The notes under the pieces: generated by a model
Seen by the model: only the letters and a program-made list of their open reading frames with translations
Databases searched by the model: none
What the model was told of the DNA's origin: nothing
Assembly (NCBI GenBank): GCA_904063045.1
Contig: CAJFCJ010000001.1
Coordinates: 3,348,001-3,412,000, forward strand
Source of the DNA: Dimorphilus gyrociliatus
Taxonomy: Eukaryota; Animalia; Annelida
Length of the DNA: 64,000 nt
Direction: 5' to 3'
Shown here: piece after piece, positions 13,175-26,494 of the stretch
How positions within the stretch are numbered: the first letter of the stretch is position 1
Layout of the letters: each line of letters starts with the position of its first letter
Made by a program: the position numbers and the translations under genes

Positions 13175-16100
13175 GAGTATTGCAAAAAACGTCCCAGGGA
13201 GTGGGAAAAGATATTTGTATGGTAAAAAATTGTTCTTTTTTGGAACTAATGGTAATATAGTGAGAGTATAATAAATAATAGTGAATATTTGTTTATAAAA
13301 TGTATTAAAAATGTAAAAAGCCAAGAATGTTATACAAAGTTTAAAAGTTACATGAATACAAACAAAGTATGTTAAGAAACTAAGAATTATTTTGAATAGA
13401 TTGATGCAATTTTCTTCAAGAGGACAGCAGAAATAATGATGCCCAATTTGTATTCATCCCAAACGGCAAATACTTGGTTCTACATCTGGATCACACTTTT
13501 CTTATAGTTCTTTAGCCTTTTTTCTGAGAGAAGTTTCTCTACAACTGGAATAAAACTTGACTCCTGTTTTAAAATATCTATGAGCATATAAAATGCCCCT
13601 TTTGCAAGAGTCTTTTCATTTATTCTTCTGTGCCATCCTTCAACATCATTGTTGGTCTTGATGGCAAGACCAAATACAGACCCACAATCTGGCGTCGAAT
13701 TTAATCCAAGCACTTTCAATGTATTGGAAAAAATCCAAAAATTCATTTTTCTCAAAGGCCTCATCTTTTATCATGTAAAAACTGTTTAGAATAGCTTTAC
13801 CTGGAAGAAAAGGTCAAAACTTGTTTCAGCAGTCCTGCCTTCTTCTTTTCCATATTATATTGTTGTGTATATCCCAAATTCTACAATAATTTAATAATAA
13901 GGTAAACCACTGAATTAAAATATAAGCTTACTTGAATTTTTCTGTAGACAGCTTGTGTCGAATGGAAGACACAACCTTGAATAGGAATATTAGGATAAAC
14001 TGAGTTAAGAGCACTCCATATACCTAATTCAAAATTTGGGTACAGGAGAAAATGTTTAATGTAAAAATTTAATGTAGGAAAGAAAATATTTGATATATGG
14101 AGTTATCATAATAATTTGAAAGAAAAAAACTGAACAAGAGAAATTGGAAATATTTGAATATGAATATATTAATTAAGTCTGACAAAAGAGTAATAAGAAT
14201 AGTGATTGATAACAGAGTAACAACATTGTAGAAGAAAGACATATTAAACTGGAGTATAAATGTCAGAAGCTTTTTCAAGTAAATCCGTTGATGTGATTGA
14301 AGCAATTTCAAATTGCTGCCATAAGCTGAATTTTTTGCTTTAAATATTCTAATAGGCTTTCCTTTGCTGTCTACAGATTTTCTTCTCACTTAGCAATTTT
14401 TTGTAAAGTTTTATCACGTCTTGCTTCTCTTTTCAGTTCATCCAAAAGGGAATAGAAGACAGAGTTAGATGGGAGATTTTTGTTTAGCCTATGATGCCAG
14501 CCTTCAAGATCATTATTGGTTCTTTTAGCCTCACCATATATATAGACCACACTTGTGGTTTAAAAAATCCATTTATCCATTCAGTCTCAATGTACTCTAA
14601 ATAAAGACATCAGTCACACACATTTAAATGTGCTCTCCATAAACCATATTTTACCTTTAGATAATAAATCAATTTGCTTTGTAGTATAAAATATTAGTAT
14701 TCTATCATTCATTTATCAATGAAATATTAGGCGGAACTTGGATTTACATAGAAATTTCTATCAAATAGTATTTAGATAAGTTTTTACATAATTTTTTTCA
14801 TTTTTATATAGTGTATATTTTCATGAGTTTTTTTTTTGTTTGGCCATGAGTCACATTATTCCGGACTATGGTTTGGGGACTGATACTTTGCTACTTTTGT
14901 ATATGACGACCTTATTCTACCCCTCATTCCAGCATACAGATTTGGTAGCAAGTCCAGATTTTTGTTTATAAGTTGGTAGGAGCATTTTTTAATTTTCTCC
15001 CATGATGTGAATTGTGCCCCATCATACACCAAATTTTTTAGTCAGGTGCCACACATTTTCTATTGGGCTGAGGTCAGGGCTCTTTGCTGGCTAATTGATT
15101 GGATGTCTGCCATTCATCCTGAATGCCCTCCTAGTAACTCTTGCAGTGTGGCACCCTGCATTATCTTGCTGGAAGATGTAATCATTTTATCTGAGATTTC
15201 TTCTATAACTGGGAGAACATTTTCAACCACCAAACTAGAATAGTTTTGGGCATTCAATCTTTTGCTTACCTTCCAAACCTCAAACACACCATCCAAGGTT
15301 ATTAGTCCCCAGACCATCACTCCATCCCTGCCCATATTTTTCGTCAATCTGATCTCTTTTTCACTGTCATTTCTCCAGGTCCTGAAGTCGTCAGGACCAT
15401 TCAATGAAAACCTTGCCTCATCCATAAATATGACTCTTGACCAATCTAAATTATCTCGAATGGTTTGTAGACAATACTGTTTCCTTCTTGTACAGTCATT
15501 GCTTGTGAGATCAACTCTTTGTCAAATTTGATTATATTTAAAATTTTGCAATTTCAACTCCCTCTGTATTGTCTTCAGGCCTACATCTACCTCTAAGTCA
15601 TTTAAAAGAAGGAAAAATATATAATAAGTAATCAACTTAACTTGGAAAATTAATTTTGTTGAAAAAAATTTCAGTTTAAGACATCTATTTAAATGCAAAA
15701 CTGGATGTAATCCGCATGTATGGTTAATTTGGACTTTTGGCCAAATAAAGAAAAAAACAATGAAAATTAATAAAAAATTTTGCTAAATAATTTTCACAAA
15801 TATGATAATTTTCTATAATTTTTTTCAGTATTACATAAATATAACTCTTTCTTCATGGAAATTTACACAAAAAAAAAACAAATATACAACAAAGATAACA
15901 TTTTTGGGGTGTTTTAAAAATTGGCCTATTAAAGTTTACGGTGTCCGGGTATTTTAGGCATTTACTTTATATGGATTATCCATAAGGACTAATATCAGTG
16001 TGGAAGGATGGCACAATAGAATGAATAATAAAGTACTATCTAAAGGATCATTTAACTTAACAAAATGTAATATTTTTATGGGTACGGTTTCACCCAAAAT

Positions 16101-17022
16101 GGGTACTGTTTCACTCAGGTACAGTTTCACCGGCTACCGTTATTACTAGTACAACTCAGAGCAGCTTTTACAATGGGATCACCATTGATCACATCTGATA
16201 AACTAATGAGACAATATCTGTCACTCAAACTTTTGCATGAAGAACACTTATCATCTATCATTTCTGTAATACTAAGCAAAGTTAAATAAATGTATGTTTT
16301 TGCATAGTAAATATCACCTTTACAGATATGATGACAAGGTGAACATGTAAGTTCTTCAATCCTGAACTTTTCTGCACAATTATTGCAAAATACTCTTGGA
16401 GATTCTAAATTAAAAATGAAAATTGTGAATAATTTAATAAAAACATATAAACAGACAGACCTTTAATGCATTTGGCATGTACATAATCTTTGGCAGTCAC
16501 TGAATTTCATCTTTCTCTGTCTACCATAAAATCTTTTATTACAGTTAATACAAACAGGTGCCATTACTAAATTTCTGCAAAAATAAATTCACTTTCAAAT
16601 ATCAAATATGGCTGCCAATACAAAAATTATAAATAATAACTCACAGAAGAGAAGGCTTTTTAATAAATTTGTATAATCTTGTAATATTCAATCAACCGAG
16701 TTAATACAAGAGCATAAATGCTTAAAAAACAAATTAGCCTTAAAATATGACAAGAAATGCAAAATTTATCTTTCCCTTATAAACAATACAATGAAATAAT
16801 TTATATCTCTTTTAGTAACATTACATAATTCAGAGAAAACTGGTAAAAACATTATAATACATATATCTTTCTTCAAAAACATTAATATTTTATTTTATAA
16901 ATGAAGTAAACAGTAAAGAGAAAAATATTTCTTATTAAAAGTTTCCATAATTATGCCTAGTATATCTTTTACCATGTAGAGGACGTTTTCTCCCAAAACT
17001 TAGGACGTTTTTTTTCAACCCC
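13175..17022 (-). mobile_element. 3.85 kb degenerate Mutator-like (MULE) element with nested insertions, inserted in exon 9 of copy C
   Basis: 8-bp direct repeat CTTCTGTG at 13167-13174 and 17023-17030, with host exon homology continuing on both sides. Imperfect terminal inverted repeats (AAAAAACGTCC...ATGGTAAAA versus TTTTACCAT...GGACGTTTTT). Two minus-strand MULE transposase C-terminal fragments: TNNDVEGWHRRIN (13480-13764) and EYIETEWING...WSIYG..RTNNDLEGWHHRLNK (about 14480-14610). Possible decayed PHD-finger-like Cys/His segment at about 16330-16570. Confidence 0.7.
14830..15750 (-). mobile_element. Degenerate Tc1/Tc3-like transposon nested in the MULE element
   Basis: Minus-strand frameshifted transposase with DWSRVIFMDEARF, GVMVWG, FQQDNAGCHTA and (W>stop)PAKSPDLSPIENVW, the typical Tc1 DDE motifs. 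Weak inverted-repeat similarity between about 14827-14855 and about 15730-15760; boundaries approximate. Confidence 0.75.
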
Positions 17023-18076
17023 CTTCTGTGTCTGTTATATCCTTCCTTACAACCATTGGGGATACAAGTTGTTCTATCTACACAGAAATCACATCCAGAT
17101 ACACATGACTGACATATACCACTACTATCCAAATGATATCCAGTATTACATTTCAAACATTTCAGAGTATCACCAATTTCTTTAACGCAAATATCACAAC
17201 CAGTAAGAGAAGCACTTGAATCACAATTAAAATGGCTATCTCTTAGAGCACCAGTTGCACATCCAAATGATAGACATTCTGCTTTTTTCTGATCATCAAA
17301 GTTAATGTTGCAAACATAGAAGATCTGTGGTGACTGTGGACATTGAACCTATATTATTGAGTGCATAATCATATGAACAAACTGTTCATTTATTATCAGT
17401 TGTAGCTGAAGCTCCAGATGTGTCAATTGTGCAGGTTGTACATCCTGTACCATGTTGCATTCATAACAGATTAGTTCCTGGAGTTGAAGATGTACGCAAT
17501 TCATATCCACTGTCACAGTCAGAGAAAGCTGATATTTGACCAACTGGAAAAGATCTATCTTTCTCTTCATTTACAAAATGTTAAATTCAATTTAATATTG
17601 ATTTGTTCAGTATGACAGTTGAAATGTCAGTTTTTATTCATTTAGTATTAGTTACAAATGAATTAAATGATTGGGTTAGCTGGATTGAAATTGTTTAATG
17701 GAGAGATCCACTGACTTGAGAGGCTGGAATGTTTACAGAGAGTCCTATAATAGGATTTAGCTTAAAAGATATCTGATGAAACATGGTTGAATATATGAAA
17801 CTTGAAACTGAACAATGTGTTGTTAATATGAAGAATATGAATACAGTTGTAGATTATTGCTTGTCTGTGCCTATCGGGTCGAATTTGTGTTTGAATGGAA
17901 CACATTTCTGGGAAACTTATTATGAACATTATCTAAATATATTTTCAGATAAAAGAAGCAGAGGCGTTGGGATTAGCGAGTGTGGGCAATTCGAATTGTT
18001 CATAAATTCTGTTAAGTTAATGCGCCCACACAAAAATGCAGAAAAGGAGATTAGCAGTCTGTAATGGTATATGTCA

Positions 18077-18820
18077 ATAAGACAGTTTTCTTGAGCTAAT
18101 AGTAACTGTGAATGCTCCATAGATCAAAAGCAAAGAAACATTTTGAAAAAATGTTCATTTAAAATGGTATCATTCAATTGGCAATAATTTTCATTCAATA
18201 TTTGTAAATTACTGTTTCTTTAGCAAAAATTAAAAATGTTTAATCTCTGCGAATTCCAAAAAATGAACATAAAGAGAAAATTTTCCCTACAAAGACAAAC
18301 CTACAAAATGATTACAAAACAAATGAAGACAAATAAATATAGTATAGAGAATAATTTAATCAGAAATGATAACATTTCTATATACAGTTTTTTTTAAAAA
18401 AACTTGATAATAAACGTCATAACTTTAACATTAATGAATACTACTTTTTTGCATAGTTTAAAGATATTAATACTATACAACAGTAAGACAGTTTTCTTAA
18501 GCAAATTGTAACTGTGAATGCTCGGTAGATCAAAAGCAAGCAACATTTTGAACAAAAATGTACATTAAAGTGTATCATTCAATTGGTGATAATTTTCATT
18601 CAATATTTGTAAATTGCTGTTTCTTTAACAAAAATTCTAAAGCATGAACATAAAGAGAAAATTTTGATGACTAAGACAAACCTACAAAATGATTACACAA
18701 CAAATAAAGACACATAAATATAATATAGAGAATAATTTAATCGGAAATGATAACATTTCTATAGAGAGTTTTTTATAGCAAAAACTTTATCTTTAACATT
18801 AATGAATACTAATTTTTTTA
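18077..18820. repeat. Tandem duplication of an about 400 bp AT-rich unit (18077-18450 and 18482-18820)
   Basis: Both units begin TAAGACAGTTTTCTT and share collinear blocks such as GATCAAAAGCAA, TTTTCATTCAATATTTGTAAATT, AGACAAACCTACAAAATGATTAC and GAAATGATAACATTTCTATA, with scattered substitutions and indels. Confidence 0.75.
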
Positions 18821-19580
18821 TATTTTAAGAGTATTAATACAACAGTATACTGTATATATAAGAAAAATAAATATTAACCTTTCTCACATTACTTGACTTG
18901 AAATATTACTTGGAATATATCAATATATTTAATTCAATTTAGAAATCCCAACACTAACATACACTTTTTGGGTTTGGGAGGGGAATGTTTGAAAACAAAG
19001 TGTAAGATATGTCATTCATCACACTTATCAATTAACACTTGCAGTTTAATCACTGACGGTCTCTGTCTATATAATAAAATAAAACAAAAACACTGGACAT
19101 AACTGCGTTCATCACAAAAGACTATTACAGAAAACAGACTTTCTAACGTTTTAAAACTATCAACAAGGAAATATATGAATATAAATATTTCAAAATTATT
19201 TAGTTCACTCTTCAGAATTGGATTAAATGAAAAATCTCAATTAAACTTTTTTATAAGAAAATGATAACATTTGAATATTTCACACAGATCAAATATTCTT
19301 TTGCAAATGCTATATTATTTTTTATTTTGGTAACCAATAATTTATTTTCTCTATTCATATGCAAATTTCTCGCAATAATAACCTCTTTACAACTCCAAAA
19401 CAAGAACATAGAAACCAAAGAGTATAAATACAGTATAATTCTTATTCCTTCAAACTTCACATAATCAGTGCCAGACAGAAAATATTTCTTTCGAAAACAG
19501 GTAAAGTAGAACAGTTTCAAAATCAAATAACACTACAATGTTATCATTTCAAACATATAGGGCTGATTAAAGAATAATTC

Positions 19581-22500
19581 ATGAAGAACTTTTTCCTCCT
19601 GGGACTTTGTGCTGTGGTATTTCAATGTAAGTTCAAACAAATTTCTTCATATGAATATTCAACATATAATTTATACCTTAACTGTGACATCGTCTGAAAC
19701 TCATTGTAAAACCAATAACAGACTCACAAACGGCCACAGTACCAAGCAGTGATGTGTATAATTGTGAAAGTGGACAAACAGGAGCGCGAACTACATCATG
19801 TGGAATGTGCTCTAGTGGACAAATTCCTTCATCGGATCGACTTAAATGTTTCAGTAAGTAAACAAAAAAACACACAGACAAAACATTAAATCTTTGACAT
19901 TTATAAAAACAGAATGCCCAGATTTCTGTTCAAAAGGAAAATGTACACTGAAAACTGATGTATCAAATGAAAATGACGCAACCTTATGTTCACAATGCAT
20001 TGAACACTATTTTCTGGACACTGGAAAATGCGCAGGTACTCTCAACCTTTCTTTTCTCTCTTTGTTCTATCATTCAAAAAAAATGTATCTATTAACAACA
20101 AATATTTTTGAAGAATGTTCAACTGGATGCAAAAACTGTACAAGTGCAACATCATGTCTTGACTGTTACTCTAACTATGCTATGAATGATGCCACTAAGC
20201 TATGCATTCCTTGTCCATCTAACTGTGTTAAATGCACATGGAATTCCGCCACTTCAAATGTTGATTGCGACACTTGTGCTGATAGATACATCAAAAAGGA
20301 CACTGGCTGCACATGTAAATATTCTCACAGCATACTATAAACCACATATTTATTAATATCATTATTTTCAGCTTGTCTATCCTACTGCAAATCTTGTACT
20401 TATAACAAAGACACTGGTGTCAGTTGTAGTTCTTGTGACACAAATGCATACAAGGAAATAACCAATAATATCAACACATGTAAATTATGCTCCACCGCAA
20501 TTTCTGGTTGCAACAAGTGTTCTGATAAGGATACCTGTACTGAATGCATGTCTAAAGCCTATGCTTTAACAACATCAAACAAATGTGAAACATGTAGTTC
20601 CATTCATTCAGCATGCACTGAATGTGATGCCAGCAGTGGCACCAACAAATGTAAGACCTGTAAAAGTGGCTATTATCTTAAGGATGATTCCTGTTCTGTC
20701 TGTCCAAGAAACTGTGACACCTGTGAAGAAACAAATAGCATTGTCAAATGCACGAAATGTAAAGTTGACTACACAGTAGTTGATCCAAAGACTTGTGATA
20801 GATGCCCTGATAATTGTCTTGAATGTGAAGTTTCTGGTAGTAAACTGGTGTGTAAATCTGGCAGATGTGCACCAAAATATGCTCTAAACTCGGATAACTT
20901 ATGCTCAAAGTGTCCTGATAATTGCAAGGCGTGCTCTTGGAGTTCATCAAATTCTAGAACAGAATGTAGTGGAACAGATGCAAGTCATTCATGTGTTGAA
21001 AATGAAGGTGGTAAGTCATGGGGAAGAAAAAGTGATGGAAAATGTATAGGTTAGTCAAACTACTTTATCAAAAGTTTTCTGATTCATTGATATTCTGTGG
21101 AAACTAATGAATAACTTTTAATTATACAGCTTGTCCTGGAAATTGTTTAAAATGTTATTTCAAATCTTCTTCTGCATCTTCACCAATTTGTTATGCTTCG
21201 AAATGTCAAAAGGGATTTGCTTTTGATGATGATACTGGAAATTGTGTTTCCTGTCCTTCTGGGTGTGACTACTGCAAAAAGAGAGATTCTACTATAACAT
21301 GTCTCAAGTGCAGTGCAAAATATGCACCTAAATATAAAGTAAATATTGCAGCCATCGATTCATGTATGTCATGTTCAATTTCAAACTGCGACTATTGTGA
21401 AGTGATTGGTGACAAAGTGGAATGTTTAAGATCTCCTTGTGCCTCTAAAGCAACCAATTCAAATAACAAAAAGTTTTCATTTTCAAGTAAAACTTGTGCT
21501 ACAAGTTGTCCTACTGATTCAATGTGTGAAACCAAAAAAGTTAATGATGAAAATGAAGCATGTTTTTGTAGATCTTGCCCTGACGGAAGTGCTGTAATTC
21601 TAGCAGGAGCAAATGCCGGAGTGTGTAAATCTTGTGGAACGGACTGTGAAGACTGTCAACTATCAGCTGACAAGATGGATGTTGAATGTAAATCATGTAA
21701 AGGTTCGAAACAATGGGTATCAGTTGAATTATCTGGAAGTGTGAAAAAAGGATGTTATGGTATTTGTAGCAAATGAATTATTTTTAGAAAAAAATACTAA
21801 AATTGTGTAAAATATTTAACAGACTGCACTGCTGCATCACCTCAATGTGAAGTTTTGGAAGTTTCTGGAAGTACTTGTAGGTGTAAATTAGATAAATGCA
21901 TTGGCGATATATCTTTAGACCCTCTTCGCTCTGTTATACAAGAGGCTACATCAAAGCAAAGATGTAAAGGTAATAGTTTTTCACAATTTGTCTTGTCAAT
22001 GTCTACATATATACATTTATCACAATTTAAAGCTTGTGTGGAGGACATTCCAAATGCTCTGTGGTGTTCAGGCACTTATGGTTCACCATTCACACTTGGT
22101 GCTTGTCAATACGGATATATCAAGAAAACTGGTGCAGACACGTGCATACGTAAAAAACTTATTTTAATCAAAAACAATTGTTTTTAAGATATTTGACTTC
22201 TATTCCTTTTAGCAATTCCTAGTGACTGTAAGAAATATACCGGCGATGCAGCTGGGCCACCAGCTGCAGAACATGCAACATGTACTGAATGCTTAAAAGG
22301 AAAAGTGGTTTCTTCAGGTGCTTGCACACCATGCCCTTCTGGTTGTTCTGATTGTAAACCTGTAGGTACTAACCCAGTAATATGTACAGCTTGTACAGAA
22401 CCAAATAAAATTGGAATTGACTGTCTAACGCCAGAAGCTACATGTACTCCTGCTACAGTTGAAAATTGTGATACAAAGTGGGCATCAGTTGCTCACCCAG

Positions 22501-25500
22501 CACCCGCTGCAGCTTGTAAATGTATTAGATGCACAGATACATTTGCAGTGGGAACATCTGTGCCTAATACAAATAATACAATCGGAGATTGTGCTCCTGG
22601 TACACCTGCTGCTCCCCAAATAACTGATTGTTTACAACAATTCAATAGTCCAGCTGGAAGTGGTACCGTCCATTGCGTAAGATGTGTTGATGGCAAGGAA
22701 GTGGTAGGAGACACTACATGTGCTTCAGTTACTGGGTGCAAAAATAATTATTCATTTGGAGGACCCGCTGCTGGCTGTTTAATAGCTGATGCAGGCAAAA
22801 TGATGGACGATGGATCAACAAACACAGTTATTACAGTTGATTCTGAAGCTTTAGCATCAGGCAACTGCAAAGGATATTTACCAGGTACGGGATCACCTAC
22901 CCCCGCAAATAAGGGCCGATGTGGTGGTTGTGCCACTGGATTTACTCTAGATTATTCTCCAACAAAATATGACTGTAAATCATGTACTGTTTCTGAATTG
23001 GATCATTGTACATTTGCTGTATCTTCAGGAGGTACATGTATGTGTGGAAGATGTACTGATGATGCAGGAGGAAAAGTATACCACAAACATCCTACATTAC
23101 CAGGATGTACAGAAAATGATGCAATTACTGGTTGTGATACTCACACATTGAAACTTAAAAATGGAGCATATATAGTAGCATGTGCTATCTGTTCAGGTAC
23201 AAATGTTTTGGCTGAAGATGGATTGTCTTGTGTGGCTTGCTCGAAAACTTGTACTGGAGGAATCAAAGTAGTTGCAGCTGGTGCAACATCATGCACATGT
23301 GATTGTAGAAGTGTTGGATTCGAAAATAGTGCTGGAGATGATTGTATTGCTTGTGCAACAAACACAAAAACAGGATGTTCAGAGGTACAACTAAATGCAG
23401 ATTCATGTGAATGCCAAACATGCAATGCCAATTTTGTTATGAAAGCAGATAAGTCAGAATGTGTTGCTTGTAACACTGGTCCTGGTGGTGCAACTTCCAA
23501 CTGTAAAAACTGTAACTTAGATAATTCTAATCAAGTCACAGTTTGCTCTGATTGTGACAGTGGATATGCATTACACACTTCTTCAACACCAGGAACTAAT
23601 CCATCATGCATGGCATGTGGTACAGGATGTGCAACCTGCACAGTAGATACATCTGGAGCTTCTGCTACAACTGATAATAAATGTACAGTTTGTTCATCTG
23701 GTTATGCTCTCAATAATGTAGGGCTTTGTATTCAGTGTCCTACATCACCAGAGGCCTGTTCCGAATGCAGAATTGATCCTGATGATCAAACAAGAACACT
23801 ATGTCTATCATTTGGATGTGCAGCTGGTGCTCTAAGAGACAGCAATTTTAATTGTGATTCATGCGCCTCTCTTACTGGTTGTGATATTTGTGTTAAACAA
23901 ATTGGTGATACTCTGAAATGTTTGAAATGTAATACTGGATATTATATGGATAGTAATAGTGTATGTCAGACATGTGTATCTGGATGTGATTTCTGTGTAG
24001 ATGGAACAACTTGTATCCCCAATGGTTGTAAGGACGGATATATCAGACATAGAACAGAAGGAACTTGCATACCTTGTACGGGAAGTGGAGTTTCAAGATG
24101 TGCATATGAGACAGCAACAAGTGACGACCTCATACCAAAGATATGCGAAACAGGATATAATTTGAACACTGCTGCTTCACCAGTAGAATGTGAAAGTATG
24201 AAGATAATTATAAATGCTACATTTTTGTTTGCAGATCATAAAACACGAATTATATATTTTCAGGATGTGATCCCAATTGCAAAAGCTGCAAAACAAATGG
24301 AAAGGACAAATGTGACTCAGGACAATGTAACTCTGATTATTTCTTTGATTCTAGTGATCAAAGATGTTACAACAATAAAGCTGGTTGCCTTGCTTCAACT
24401 AGAAGTAATGGAAAGATCACTTGTTCATCATGTAATACAGCAACTTCGGTACTTTCCAATGGTGAATGTAAAACATGTCCTACTGGTTGTAGTGGATGTT
24501 CATTTGATGCTACAACAAGCCAATTTACTTGTTCATCATGTAAAGCACAATATTACAAAACATCTGATAATTTGTGTTTGCCTTGTCCAACTGGTTGTAG
24601 TGTCTGTTCACTCAATGGTGAAGCAGTGGAATGTACAAGTTGTCTTGCAACATATGGTTTGAAAGGAACTTCATGTGAGTTATGTGGCATTGGAGAATGT
24701 CAAACATGTTCTGTTCCATCTGGTGGAAGTGGTTTGGTTTGTTTAACATGCTCAAATAAGTTTTATTTGAATAGTGATGATTGTGGTCAATGTCCCAAAT
24801 TCTGTAAAGAATGTTCATATAATCAAAAATATGAATGTACAAAGTGTTATGATAGATATGCAAAGGCATCAGATGGAACATGTGTACCGTGCCCATCAAA
24901 CTGTGAAACATGTACAGCCAATGCAGATAAGACAACAAGATGTACAAAGTGCATATCAAAGTCATTTTCTTTAAAAACTGATGGAACTTGTGTACCATGT
25001 TCAGAAGCTGCTTTTGCCAATTGTGCGACTTGTGGACCAACTCCTTCAGGTGGAAAAGCGAAATGTGATATGTGTAGTGAAGGATTTACTTTACAAGATG
25101 ATAAACTAGCTTGCGTTTCATGTTCAATTATCGGATGTGGATTATGTACTCATGGTCGAATATGTTCGAAATGTAAATCAGGATTCTATTTACATAATTA
25201 TGACAGAGAATGCGCAAGTTTGTTTTTTATTGATATAGTTTTTGTTGATTTTTGATATGTATCACTTATGTATTGTTTTTTTCCAGGAAAATGTTTTGAA
25301 TGTAAAGGAAATCAGGCAGACTGTGGAAATGATATATCTTCTACCAAGAATTCTACTGATAAAGTGAAGGTAATCGACTGTGGAATAGGTGATTGTTGGG
25401 CATATAGAACAGAAGTTTCAGGAACAATAACATTTGCAAGAGGATGCTCAAATGAAACTTGCACATCGGCTAATGAGAATGAAAATTGTAAAACGGCAAA

Positions 25501-25642
25501 TGGAAAGAAAGAATGTGTACAGTGCTGTAGAGGAGAAAGATGTAATACTTGGGAATTAGATGGTAAAGCAGGCGTGGCAGGATTATTTGCAGCCTGTTTC
25601 ATTATTGCTGTGTCTTGTATTCTATCCATTTTAATCAATTAA
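19581..25642 (+). CDS. Copy E: intact 11-exon cysteine-rich furin-like-repeat/Ly6 GPI-type surface protein, about 1,788 aa
   Basis: Exons 19581-19626 (MKNFFLLGLCAVVFQ), 19722-19853, 19913-20035, 20114-20314, 20372-21049, 21130-21759, 21823-21969, 22033-22149, 22213-24195, 24264-25217, 25287-25642. All introns GT-AG and phase 1; total 5,367 nt = 1,789 codons; ends CCRGERCNTWELDGKAG plus hydrophobic tail. Confidence 0.88.
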
Positions 25643-25974
25643 AGTATTGAACTTTGAAATTATTATAATATAAAGAAAGTTAAGACTGTTTTAATTAAAT
25701 ATTGCTAATATGTTAATTGAAAATAATGAAAACTGTGATTGTAATGAAATGAAAGTCTAGAATGATGCTTTTTGATAGGTTGATTTTTTATTTATGATAA
25801 AAATTATGATACATTTATCAATACAAGCTGATGACTTTTGATGATAATAACCGATAGTTTTTTTATATTAATAATATTGAAAAGAAAATGATTTGCTTCG
25901 AAACGCTTTTCCTGTTTTCATGATATTTGAATATTCTCAATGGTATCCTAAAAGTTAAATGATTTTGATCTTTG

Positions 25975-26455
25975 CGACTATTTCTGCTTATCTAAAGTCA
26001 CTCTTGAGAACAGCATATGCAGCCTGATTTACAGTTTGCCACTTCAGCAGTACACATTGCACCTGCCAAAACATAACCTGAATCACAATATGTTCAGCTT
26101 CACCTAAACGAGTATTTGGTGTGGTGTCAGATTTAATGTATCCATTTTTACAAGTATAAATTGGTTTCGGATTTGGTCTGTCCGAAGCACCTGAACACCA
26201 GATTGCATTTGGAAACTCTCTACCACAGGCTATGAAAAGAAAGCAGTGATAATATTTTTTTTATATGTTATAAAGTATATATAATAAATATGACTGCAAC
26301 CTTGAGTACCAGTTGCACTTTCAAGTACAGTAGGCCTAACTGTAGAAGTCCCATCACTAATGCATCCAATAGATTTACATTTACATGTACTACTTGAATA
26401 TTTAAAAGTTTTGCAATGTAGTATTGCTGAGGCGCAATCTATAAAATGAACATAA
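25975..26455 (-). pseudogene. Relic of a copy-B-like gene (fragments of exons 7, 8 and 9)
   Basis: Collinear similarity to B positions about 5615-5660, 5706-5770 and 6275-6630 (e.g. CTAAAGTCACTCTTGAGAACAGCAT, CCTGAACACCAGATTGCATTTGGAAACTC, GCTGAGGCGCAATCTATA), joined by internal deletions; no ORF. Confidence 0.8.
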
Positions 26456-26494
26456 TTACTGAAAAAGATTACTTAAATAGATATTAAGAGCATC

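Larger units (their letters stand above)
10670..17550 (-). pseudogene. Copy C: 5'-truncated, transposon-disrupted pseudogene of the cysteine-rich/Ly6 family
   Basis: Last exon 11019-10670 is intact. Exon 10 (12958-11090) has an in-frame TAG (GF*LQNYD), indels and a mariner insertion. Exon 9 homology at 13027-13174 resumes at 17031-about 17550 after a 3.8 kb insertion. No homologue of exons 1-8 was found between 17550 and 19580. Confidence 0.85.

Noticed and set aside
17560-17760. Possible LINE reverse-transcriptase remnant
   Set aside because: Only a vague LN.xKT-like resemblance with stops; no recognisable YADD or other RT motif.
22305-24662. Apparent frameshift at the end of the 785 aa ORF of copy E
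   Set aside because: The ORF reads through a 68 bp GT-AG intron (24196-24263); after splicing, the frame is continuous with exon 10.
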